This document shows positions 1 through 11,700 of a DNA stretch of 64,000 bases, one piece after another. The position numbers were made by a program, and so were the translations under genes. Every line of letters begins with the position of its first letter. The stretch's first letter is position 1. Below the pieces are notes generated by a model. It did not search any database. It was not told the DNA's origin and saw only the letters and a program-made list of their open reading frames with translations. The stretch covers positions 92,767,923-92,831,922 of the forward strand of contig NC_085844.1 of the NCBI RefSeq assembly GCF_035594765.1, in the 5' to 3' direction. This stretch comes from Anolis carolinensis. Taxonomy: Eukaryota.

Positions 1-1424
1 AACTTGGGGACTGCCTATATTTTGGATTTAAGAATTCCAGATAAGGGATGCTCAACTTTAAATAATAGTTCAAGCCTGTAAAGCAAACTCAGACACTCCC
101 TATTCCTCGTCAAGATTAAAAACAGACAGAGAACAGTGGAGCCAAATACTCTTCCCAAAAAGCAGACTTGTGGCAAGTTCAAAACCACTTTCACCTTCGG
201 CTATTTCATTGCTAAAATATTGTTAAATTATTGTGAGGGCTATACCAACATGGGCATGCAAGAAAAAAAATCCAGTTGCCAATGACCCGTTTTGGGAAAT
301 TCTAAAACTAGATTTTATTAAAAGTCTGTTATTCAGTCATTTAGCTTGTAAACCGCTTTCCTGCCTGACAGGAAGAATAATACCTCACGTTGTGTTGTTT
401 TTTAATATGTATTTTTGTATGTCAAAATAAGGTTAAAGGCAGTGAGAAGATCTCACTTCCTCCGTATCTGTACATAAGGAGAGATGCTTTGATTGATGTA
501 CAAGTTAACTTGCTACTTCCTCAAGCTGTGAATCCTTGAAAGAAAGATTTTGAATAATCCTTGAAAGCCTTTATTTTGGTGTGTGTGTCAGGAGGGACGG
601 GGACGCAACCAGTATTTAAACATGAATTTCAAATGTGTGTCCTTTGCTTAATCTCAGTTTTGTGTATTTTAACATGTATTTTATAGAAATATGTTTTAAT
701 ATGTACCTTTGAAAGAAATACATTTCAATATGTGTATTTGCAGTATTTTTATGATGTTTATGTGTATTCATTATTCTGTAACCCACCTCGAGCCACGAGG
801 AGAGGCGGGTAAGAAATAAAATATTATTATATTTTACTCATTTATTATGTATTTTTTGTCTCTTAAGAGATTCCAAACAGCTAACCGTGTTAAAAGAAAT
901 AAACATGCACAATTCGAATATTTAAATATATAATTTTATATGCAATATGTTTGCTCTTTTTTAAAAATGCATTATGTCACTATGTCATGCAGTTCATAAT
1001 AAAATAATTGAAAACATATTAAAAAATATTGCACATTTTATATATAAAGTATGTATATTCAAAAACGAGGGAACTGAATAAGGCTAATGGCACAGTCCTG
1101 GGGAAAAGGCTGTGATATCTTATCAGGACTGTGCCTTCAAACCGCCTGTCAAGCCTATACATTTGACACCAAAATCTGTCGACCCTATTTAACGTAATGG
1201 GAGGAGTTTACAGGGTTTTCTCACGGAGACCACGCCAAAGGTTGCCCTCAACACAAGCCACGGCTCTTCCTTCTTTCCTACGAGGGGCCCCTGAAGGAAG
1301 GGAAGAAAAGGGCCTCGGTCTATCGCCTCATAGGGCCCTACAAGAACCGCCCCATGTTGCTAAGGGCCTTTATGACAGGAAGGAGGGCGAAGGGAAGGAG
1401 GGAAGGGCGGCAAGCGGCACTCAC

Positions 1425-1485
1425 TCTGCCACACCAGGCTCTTCAATCCCCGCTCCCCGCTCGCAGTAGCTGCCGCCGGCGCCAT
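1425..1485 (-). CDS. STXBP3: Syntaxin-binding protein 3 (Munc18c), coding exon 1; gene continues off the left edge
   Basis: ATG at 1485 (context AAGATGGCG) encodes MAPAAATASGERGLKSLVWQ, resembling the recalled human N-terminus MAPPVAERGLKSVVWQ; phase-1 donor A|GTGAGT at 1424; lies in a CpG island; expected neighbour of FNDC7. Confidence 0.9.
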
Positions 1486-1579
1486 CTTGCTTCCACTACC
1501 GCTGTTGCTGCTGCCGCCGACGTGACGGAAAAAAATTCCGCACTCGAGGAAGAGAGGGCCATTCACGCCCTGTTTGCCG

Positions 1580-2330
1580 CCTCCTCAGGCTACGCCCCCT
1601 CCACTGCAAGCCACTCCCCGCCCACTTCGCCGCGACGCCCCGCCCACTGCTCCTCCTCCTCCTCCTCAGGCTACGCGACGTCCCCTTCGACGCAGACCAC
1701 TTCGCTGCGACGCCCCTGCCCATCCATCTCAGGCCACGCCCCTCTATCACAGGCCACGCCCTCGCACACTCTTCATCCTCGAGCCACGCCATGCCCTCAG
1801 CATTGACGCCCCACTCCGCTCCGCCCCCTCCTCAGGCCACATCCCGCCCCTGACCATTTCGCTACGACGCCCCGCCCACTCTTCCTCATGCCACACCTCT
1901 GCGCTTCAGACCCCGCCCCATTCACTCATCCTCAGGCCGCGCCCCTCTCTTAACATCTCCGCTCCGCTCCCCTTCTCAGGCCACGCCCCACCTAGACCAT
2001 TCCGCTGCGACGCCCCGCCCAGTCCCCATCAGGCCACGCCCCTTACTCCCGTCCTCCTCATGCCACGCCCCGCCCCAGACCATTCCGCTGTGACGCCCCG
2101 CCTCCATCTCCAGGCCGCGCCTCCTCCACTTCAGGCCACGCCTTACTCACGCCACTTCTCCTCAGACCGCGCCCCGCCCCCAGCATTGATTATCCGCCCC
2201 GCTACCGCCTCCTCAAGCCAGGCCCCGCCCCCTCCGCTGCAGACCATTCCTCCTCAGGCCGCGCCCCCCCGCCCGGCAGGCTTTCCTCAGGCCGCTGCCT
2301 TGTCTTTCTGAGGGAGGCGTGGCCTGACGG
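1580..2330 (+). repeat. Degenerate GC-rich tandem array
   Basis: About 15-17 variants of CTCAGGCCACGCCC interleaved with 5 variants of GACCATTCCGCTGCGACGCCCCGCCC. Confidence 0.8.
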
Positions 2331-2632
2331 TTGAGCACTGCGCAGGCACTTTGTCTTCTGCGCCTGAGGAACACGAGCGGGAGTTTCTCAGAGGGCAAGG
2401 CGGGTTGTCAGTCACGCCCAGCCCTCCTGCGGCTGTTGCTTTTTTCCCAGGGGCGGGCTTTGCTGCCGCATTGAAACCCACCAGTCAAGATTAAGCTCTG
2501 GCCTGTCTGGCCACTGCCCCTTACAACTGAGGGTGCCAACCCCAAATGGGAGCCCCTTAGACTAGCGTATATGTGATATATGCTTGTACAAATGCATAAT
2601 GTTGTGTGTGAACTACAACTCACATCATGCCT

Positions 2633-2953
2633 AAGGTAAAGAAAAGGTTTCCCCGGACATTAAGTCCAGTCATGTCTGACTCTGGGGGTTGGTGCTCATC
2701 TCCGAAGAGCAGGCGTTGTCCGTAGACACCTCCAAGGTCATGTGGCCAGCATGACTGCATGGAGCGCCGTTACCTTCCCACTGGAGCAGTACTTATTGAT
2801 CTACTCACATTGGCATGTTTTCAAACTGCTAGGTTGGCAGAAGCTGGAGCTAACAGCGGGCGTTCACTCCGCTCCCGGGATTTGAACCTGCGACCTTTCG
2901 GTCTGCAAGTTCAGCAGCTCAGTGCTTTAACACACTTCGGCACCGGGGCTCCC
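2633..2953 (-). mobile_element. Sauria SINE
   Basis: Reverse complement of tRNA-like head and ACCTTT-type tail; 12-bp TSD CACATCATGCCT (2621-2632 and 2954-2965); homologous to copies at 47198 and 53845. Confidence 0.9.
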
Positions 2954-3365
2954 CACATCATGCCTGGTTAACCCCAAAAAAACTCCATCAGTACTTAAAG
3001 TGTTATGTTGGGCAAGTTTGGACTAAATGCATCATTGCTGTGATTCAGTCTGCTCTCTGGCTGTAGGGTAAACTGGAACTCCCACTATGGTGAGTCAGTT
3101 CCCTCAAACCCCTCCAGTAGGTAGAGTTAGTCATGAGGGTTCGGTGTGCCAGGTTTGGAGCAGATCCATGATGGGTGGAGGTCCCAGTTGCTATATTTGT
3201 GGGTGAACTACAATTCCCAGAAAGGAAGGTCAGTTCCCTCCAAACCCCCTCCTCCAGTAATCAAATTTCCCCTCTGGTAATAAAATTTTGGCATATCAGG
3301 TTGTGAGCCTAGTTTGGCCTGGCCGCTTTCTATCTAGGGGAATCCTTTGTTGGCCAGGTCAAATA

Positions 3366-3688
3366 CAGTAGAGTCTCACTTATCCAACATAAATGGGCTG
3401 GCAGAACGTTGGATAAGCGAATATGTTGGATAATAAGGAGGGATTAAGGAAAAGCCTATTAAACATCAAAATAGGTTGTGATTTTACAAATTAAGCATCA
3501 AAACATCATGTTATACAACAAATTTGAGAGAAAAGGTAGTTCAATATGCAGTAATGCTATGTAGTAATTACTGTATATATGAATTTAGCACCAAAATATC
3601 ACGATGTATTGAAAACATTGACTACAAAAATGTGTTCGATAATCCAGAACACTGGATAAGCGAGTGTTGGATAAGTGAGACTCTACTG
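3366..3688 (+). mobile_element. Tc1/Mariner-type non-autonomous MITE (family A, 323 bp)
   Basis: TIR CAGTAGAGTCTCACTTATCCAA at both ends, TA target duplication. Confidence 0.9.
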
Positions 3689-3782
3689 TAGCACTGAATA
3701 GCCTTACAGCTTCAAAGGCTGGCTGTTTCCTACCTCGAGGATTCCTTAGTTGGCCAGCTTGACCAGCACTTTCTCCTTACTT

Positions 3783-4358
3783 TGTTACTTCATTTCCCCC
3801 AGCTGAGACAGCAGCGCAGGAGGCCCAGAAGGACCATGGCGGCCGCAACCCAGACCACCACCACCATGGGCTTGGGCTCAGCAAGAGGAGGAGAAGGAGT
3901 AGGCCCCACTGAGGGCCCTCCCACCTTGGGCCTCTCCTCAGCCTCTTCCTCATCCTCCTTGGCCCTTGTGTCGGTGTCATGGTGTAGCAGCATGAGGAGG
4001 CGGAGGAGGAGTAGGCCCCGCTGAGGTCAGTAGGAACAGAATGCTGTATAGAAGCCATTAGACTTTCAAGGTAGAAACAGAGACACAATTAGACTCTCAG
4101 ACCAGAGAGATGCTTTGGATTTTGGACTGTTGATTATAAGAAAGATGCCCTGTGTTACCTACACAGAGAAGCTACTTCAAATCTTATCTGTAACTGGATT
4201 GATATGCAAAGTACCTGTATGCTGAATACATGAAGTTTGTGAGTAAACCAACTATGCTACTTTTAAAGAAGTCTGATTATTTTTGTCTCTTGAGAGCATG
4301 ATTTAAAGGCAAATATATTTTAAGGGAAAGTAGATGTTTTGGGGCAACTGAAATAACA
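3783..4358 (+). mobile_element. Probable solo LTR
   Basis: TG...CA ends with imperfect 18-bp inverted termini (TGTTACTTCATTTCCCCC vs TGTTATTTCAGTTGCCCC), internal AGTAAA polyA-like signal; only a 3-bp CTT flanking match. Confidence 0.55.
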
Positions 4359-5647
4359 CTTCTGAAACTCTGCTATATATGTGTGTGTGTTTGTTTTGTG
4401 CATTGGCATAGCTTTGTCCCTAACAGTTCAAAGAGATACCTAGGTATATCAGTTGTAACAGCTGAGAGACCTAATTGCCTTGCATGAATGCCATTTTCCC
4501 AAAAGCTTATGGCATCATTTCCCCAAAAGGTTGTGACTTCTAACAATGCCTTTCTAAAGATCATAAAATATCCAAAAGATCATGGAGATCTCCATTTTCC
4601 AAAAATAGAATCCTGTGAAATGTGGTTTGGTGAGGCACTTGCACTCTTTGGCAGAGAAGGCTATTATACATGAGAACAGTTTAGGATTTGTTTTCAGCAT
4701 CTCCATGGGTAGAACTTGTGATTAAAAAATAATTTTGATGTTAGCTGACTGTTTGGACAAGCATTTCTACCTGAGAGTTGTGAACAGAAGCAAACTGTAG
4801 TCACCTTTCATCAGTTAAAATAAAAGTTGAAAGGTTCTTGTTTTCTTTTAATGAAAGGGGAACATAATCCCCATCTGATTTTACAATTTCACATTCCACA
4901 GAACAGAAGAATAGTAGACTATTCTTCAGAGCCTGGAAACAACAAGTGACAAGCAGGGTCTTGTTTTATTGTCATCATCTCTGTCTTGTTACTTTTGGGA
5001 GTAACAGGATCACATCATTTTGAAATTCATTTTCAAAACTAAAGTAACTAATAGGAAGATGGTTTCATTATGTGATGGGATATTGTTGCATAGTAGCATT
5101 ACTTGTTGCATTTGAAATGACTTTGAAAGAAAACCTGAGCATGTTTTATGCCATTTGGGTACAACTTCTATCATATGCATTCCCCAAAGGTAAGGAAAAA
5201 AATAACTGGAAAGTAACAAAAAATGTATGGGATTAAACCTGAAGAGTGCTTTCAGTTATCGGTCTCTTTGTTTATGCGTATATATGACTTAGTGGGACCT
5301 GTGTATATTCAGATACAAAGAATGCTGGGAATTTCTCCCTTTTCATTAATTTCACAAAATACTAAATATGTTGAACAAAATCAGCCCTGATGAAAAGCAT
5401 ATTAAGGTAGCATTGACAGTCCTTTCCACCTAATTAAATCAAATGGAAATGTATTCTGCATTATGCCAAAATTAGACTCCAACCATTACCGGCTCTTTGT
5501 GACCAGAGGAGGAGCCACAGAATTCTATGCTCTCACTGCCTTCAAGACCTAACTGATAACTTTTGGGAGGGTCATGATTTCTACCTCTAGATGTTGACCA
5601 TATTATTATTTCATAACCAAATTGGTGACTAAAATCAAGCTTGCAGA

Positions 5648-5710
5648 ATGATTGGTAGGAGATGTAAACATTTTGTATTTTCTGGACTACTTCTCATCAG
5701 CATTAAAATG
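5648..5710 (+). CDS. FNDC7: FNDC7 coding exon 1 (signal peptide)
   Basis: MIGRRCKHFVFSGLLLISIKM followed by GTGAGT donor; 63 nt. Confidence 0.85.
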
Positions 5711-8700
5711 GTGAGTACTTACTTTATTTGATGCTTTATTTATATTTGTTACCTGGCGAATGGCTAAATTCTACCTGACATTTGTTCGAATCCTACTTAG
5801 TTTTAAATATTGTTTTTCTTTTAGCCTTTTGGGTAGCTTTAGAGAAATGTCTACTTAAAACAGTGAAGATTATAAAGTTTAGTGGAATGTGATGTCCTGC
5901 AATAAATTAATTCCCTCATATTATTATTAAGCCATTCTTTGCTCTACTTGTATAATGTCTTCAGTGTAATATTGGAATACATATAGTTCAATCCACAATT
6001 GATTTGCTTAGTTAGACAGAAATATATTTTGCCTTTCGACTAATGAAATTTAATTTCTCTTCCCAAAAATCTCTTATTTCTGAGAATACTGCTTACTTAG
6101 TAGCAGAAGAATGAGAGAAACTTGGCCCAGTAATTTCAAGTACATTTGCTTCAGGATTTAAACATATTTCATAGTATGTCTTCAGTTGTGATTCACCATG
6201 TGACTAATACATTTTCTGAAACCGAAGCATAGACCAAGCACTCCGTTTGTTAATCCCAACTAGAATAGAACAATTCAATTAACATAATGGATATAGGGTG
6301 GCTGATACATTCTTGATTTATTGGCCATCCTTTCATTCAGTGGGTCTATTCTGACTGAGTTATCGCTGTGTGTCTTCAAGTCCTTTCTAACCTCTGGTTA
6401 CTTTAAGTTATGGTTAGCTTGGTTTTCTTGGTGAGGTTTGTTCAAAGACAGTTGCCTTCCTGTGAGTCTGAGGGTGCTTCTACACAGACAGTCTAATGCA
6501 GTTCAAGCCAACTCAAGGGTGGCTGTCCATAAAATGTGCACTGTAGTGCAGATCATGCCAGAAATAGCACATCAAAAACTCACCAGAAAATCCAGAATAA
6601 GCTAGATAATGTGCTGTAACTGACTTGAGTATATCCCATGCAAAACTCTAATCTGAGTCCAAAAAATGTGGAGCGCATGTCAGGACACCCCTAGTGCGGA
6701 AGTACTTTTAAAAACACCAAAATACAGCCAGAAACTAAACAATTATTCCCCTGGGAAAGGAAAACACATCATTATTTTGGGAGCTCTTGCTTTCTGCCCC
6801 TTTGTTCCCATTTCCTGTGCCTTGGCACAGTCCAGTGCTAATCCCAAACAAACATAGATATGCACACCATCGCATCTTAGAGGACTACGGAAGAAAAAAA
6901 GAACAAGTTGTTTACCTGTAACTGTGTTTCTTCATATTATGCAGTTCCTGGGTTTGGTTCTGATTCGCAATCAGTGGATATTGTGGCCACCATCTCAACC
7001 TCGAGCCAGTTCTTGGGGTGTTAGTGTAGGCACTGCACAGCAAAACTGGTTCATTTTAATCTATTTCCAAATTGCATTATAGTACCTGTGTAAAAGCACT
7101 CTTAAGTGTGACTAGCTCAAAGACACCCAGTGTGTTTCTGTAGTTGTACAAGGATTCAAATCCCATTGTTCACTCAAACACTTCACTGACTTCTAGCTAA
7201 ATTCAACTCTAGTTGGAGATAATAAATTTAAACCAGAAGGTTTTGAATACTACATTTGAATGTTTTACTCTGATATTGCTGTAATTGCTTTTACTCTGAT
7301 TTTTCTGTAAAAGGCAGCCACATTCACATTAAAAAGTACATCATAGTGATTGAAAGAACATCATAATAGTTTGGATATTCCGCAATAAGGACATGCAGAT
7401 TTTAAAAACTGAATTTATAGGTGTATGGGGACCAAATGTCCACTGAAACCCATGGGATTTACCATTTATCCAAGTAATGTTTGAAATTGTTATGCCTATC
7501 CATCAACAACTGGAAGATTTCCCTTCTAGATCAATTCACTGTCTGAGGAAGGAGAGCTGATCTAGTAATATGATCTGCATTCCTACACCAAACCCATTAA
7601 TAGCTCTGTAGCTGCTGTACACATCTCTACACATTTAACAAGCCAAAATAAAACAATATATAAAGTGGTACTTATTCACACTTTTGTTTAAGGAAATAGT
7701 TGTCTTGTCGCATTTATAATGCTAAGGTCTGGCTAAAGTCAGGATGAAGGACTAAATCTAATGGAGCAAATAGCTTAATATTCTATTATTAGAAACAGAA
7801 ACTAACAAGATATCTCCATATGATCCATTTCTCATTGTGTTATTAACATTTTAAATCTTTTTTTACAGGTTATTTCCGCTAACACAGGTAAAACCTGAAA
7901 GGTATTTCCTTCTGCATTTTTTATTTTAATTGCTCTTTTAATCCATAAATATATTGTTGTAATTATTTTTTAAAGTAGCCAAGTTATATTCATGGCATCT
8001 GATGCATACAACGAAAACAACAACAGTTCCTTAAAGGTAATTCCAGTACCAAAAAATGAAAAGAAAAACATTCCTTTGGATATGGCTATTTCAAAAAGTT
8101 TTGGGATCCAGTTTTACAATTATTTGAATGAACATTCAAATATTAAAATTGTGTTCTGCTATAATTAATTATGTAGTGATTTTTTTTAAAAACGCAATTG
8201 AAAAAAAAATTAATTGAAAAATTGAATTATGTTCTTTTCATATTCAATTTTGTATATATTTCTCCTGCTTTTAACTACTCTTAAATTCAGGATTACAGAT
8301 AAAAATATTGGTGGGACAAAATATGATCTGATCTTTATTCTTCAAGCATATCATAAAGCTACTTAATGCTTATACAGTATTTCTTGGGTTTGCGCTTTCC
8401 TCTTTATGAGTTTTTTGTCACAATTCTATGCACATTTGTCTAGGATAAACCTCAATGGATAAAGCTTTTCTCTGCACAGGCATTCATGGAATTGTACTGG
8501 AAGGATAAAATCAAATTTCAGTGACAAAACCTCTGTTTCTCATAGCAAACCTTGGTTGCTTATTTTGCATGCTTTGTCTTGTGACTGGTCACTGGAAGGC
8601 AAAGACAATCTTAATTTGCAAGTTGCTGAAGACTGCTGACGAATACATCTTTGGTAATCCTTCCCTCTGTTGTGTGAGTAAAAAAAATTGGTTTATCACA

Positions 8701-11700
8701 TGGAATACATATTCCCCTTAATGGCTACTTTGACCATGAGACCTACAGGTATGCTTCAAGGAGAGTGAGTATTATTACCATTGTTATAATATAGCTTGGC
8801 TGCAGGGTAAGATACTTATATCTAAAAGCACATCTATGCATTTACAGAAATGATCATATAATAAACCTTTAAGATTGTCATTACCCTCCTCAAAGAATAC
8901 AGCAATTTTCAATGTGACCCTGAAAAATTGGCATTAAGAGATTCCAAATCTGTTCCAAAACAATTCCCTGAGTGGAGTAAACTGTGACTTAAATGGTTGG
9001 TGATGTACCTTCCATCTTCTTAGTTCTCTATTTTTTTTCAGGTTTCACTATATCTGTATATGATGTGACATCAACAAGTCTCTACATCCGATGGTCCAAA
9101 TTTCCAGGAGCTTTTTCTTATAGAGTAATGGCATCACCTATGAACATAGTGGGCCATTCGTTGGTGGCTTATTTCACTGATGTTACCATTGTAGGCACTT
9201 TAACATCACTGACTCCTGACACAGTCTACACAGTAAAGGTGGAAGCCATTGACATCAATGGTGTTTTACTGGCCGAAGCCCATACTATGCAGTTAACAGG
9301 TTAGTAGGAAGTGGTTTGCACAATGAGTTAATTGTTGTTTTTAAAAAATATATAATCCCTATGAAAAGATGTCTTCAGACTCGTGTTAATGGTTTCTGTG
9401 GAATCTCTGGACACTTTCTGGCCTTTTTAGGGTCAAGGCAATGATGGATTGTGGATTTAGATTTCCAGTTCTCAATTTGGGATCCAGATCAACCCAATTT
9501 GGATGCAGATATGACTCCCCAAATTGGTCTCTGAACTGAATTTGAGCCTCCAGGCACAGCTCTAAGAGTCTTCTTATTTAATGAACATGTAAAGCATCAG
9601 GAAAAGCAAGTCCATAAATAATTTCTGAAATAAAATGAACTAAAATATTCCATGCATTAAATTCCAAGTCTTTACTTGGGCAATGTCTATATATTTAATC
9701 TGAATAGAGACAGAAATTTCAAATCTGGCCTCAATTTAAGAAAAAATGAGAAATCTCCATTACTATGCCTCCTATTTCTGAATAATCCCTAGCTATAATA
9801 TCTGCTTTGCAGGCTGACTAACCCGGAATGAATGAAAGAATGTTTTGGCACACTACAATGGAAATATTGTTCAAAAACAGCTCATCTTGCTTGTAGAAGA
9901 AGAGCTGATCTATTACTGCCAAAATCTCTGAAAACCTGTTTTTGTTTTTTATGAAATTGCTAGCAGTGTTTCAAAGTACAGACTTACACTCTGTATGCCC
10001 TTGTATAATTATACTTTTAAAGTAATATCATTGTATTATTGTCAGGCCACATCTACGGTATCCCTGTAAGATCTTTCTCCTCCCACGAGTCTCTTTTATA
10101 AAGCTTTACTACATTATTCTCAAACTTCTCAAAGCGGAAGCATTTTATCTTAATTAAAACTGACGTTCTGTTCAATTAATTCACTCTTATGCATTTATGC
10201 AATTGAGGCAGACTTTTGGAAAGATGCAGGATGGTTACCAAATGCTAAAGGTCTGATTTGCTACATTGGGAAGTAAGTAAATTGATACACATTACCATTG
10301 GGAGGAACATTTAACCACTAGGTACAGAGAATGAAGTATCTTAACTGCACCACAGGTTTTACACATAGAAAGATTTATTGTAATGGGGTAGGAATCAAAA
10401 TTGCCTTGCTTGAGTATGCCTGCCTCCCATTATTGCTGGGTGAGTCTAGTGTGGACAAATATATTGATGCAGAGTGTCCTATGCGGGGAGCAAATCAGCT
10501 AAACTCACAGATTTCAGAAATGCTCTTTGAACTGGCAGGTCACTTAGGAGCTGGCTTTACTCCCATTTTGTCACTGATGGCCAGAACAGGCAGATGGAAA
10601 TGTAACTGTCTCTTAACTGAGCAAAATAGAGCCCAGTATTGCTTACTTTGACTGGCAGTGGCTAAGATCTGAGGCAGAGGTCATTCCCTATCAGTTGCTA
10701 TTTGATCCCTTGTGGCTAGAGAGAGAGATACTAGAAATTGTTACTGATACTTTCTTCATGCAATACATATGTTCTTCCATTGAGTTATGTTTTCATGGTC
10801 TGGCAGAACAAACCCTTGAGGTTCCAAATAGCAGCTGATAGATAAATGTTTCAATGATGTTGTTCTTCTTTAGAGCCTTCTTTGGAGGCTTTTAAATAGA
10901 GCCTGGATGGCCATCTGTCAGGGGTGCTTTGAATGTGATTTTCCTTCTTCTTGACAAGGGGTTGGAGTGGATGGCCCATGACATCTCTTCAAACTCTGAT
11001 TCTATTCTTCTTCTACATTTATCTTTTAACTGGGGGGAATGTGCTGAGACATATTAAGGAAACACTTGTTTTCCAAACCAGATTTTGGCGATATTTGATG
11101 CATGACTTACACTATGCATACATGGACTGTATTGTGGAGTAGAACAATCTTAAGATCTGCATGTTACATTAACATGACAATCTAGCCTACAGTTATTATA
11201 TTTAGCTTGTACAGGCAGTCCCCAGGTTATGTAGGTTTGTTCTTAAGTTGAATTTGTAAGTCAGAACATGTACATGTTTAAGTTTAATTTCAGTCACATA
11301 CACACACAGTCTTTGGATAGCATAGGAAAGAATTAACATCCCATGTGGTTTTTTGTTTTGTTTTTTGCTGCCCCTGTTCAGAAGATTTCACTGCATGTTA
11401 TGTCCCTATGATAATTGGATTTTGAAAAAAGTGGCTTCCTGTGGAAACAAGGATTGGTGATCCAGCTTTAGTTTAGACACCTTTTCTCCATGATAACTCT
11501 TTCTGGAGTAAATTTATCTTCGAAGAGGTAGATTTCTCTCACTTCTTGTCTCACTATGAGTAGTTTGTAAGTCAGACATTTGTAACACTGGCATTGCCTG
11601 TATATAGAAGAAGTGCACCATCTAGTGCCATTTGTTTGTCATATCCCAACACATAGTTTTTTTAAACCTGCACTTAGTGCACTTTATTTCATGTGTGCCA

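Larger units (their letters stand above)
1200..2480. promoter_or_regulatory. CpG island / STXBP3 promoter with many GC-box (Sp/KLF) motifs
   Basis: High GC and CpG content against AT-rich flanks; repeated GCCACGCCC and CCCCGCCC motifs; YY1-like CAAGATGGCG (- strand) over the start codon. Confidence 0.85.

Noticed and set aside
1574-2311. 245-aa Pro-rich ORF and overlapping ORFs
   Set aside because: By-product of the stop-poor GC-rich promoter array; non-ATG start, no domain or splice evidence
3777-4088. Short ORFs on both strands
   Set aside because: Lie in the GC-rich, low-complexity part of the LTR-like element
6880-6935. Short stretch resembling a DIRS terminal repeat
   Set aside because: Too short to classify without a search
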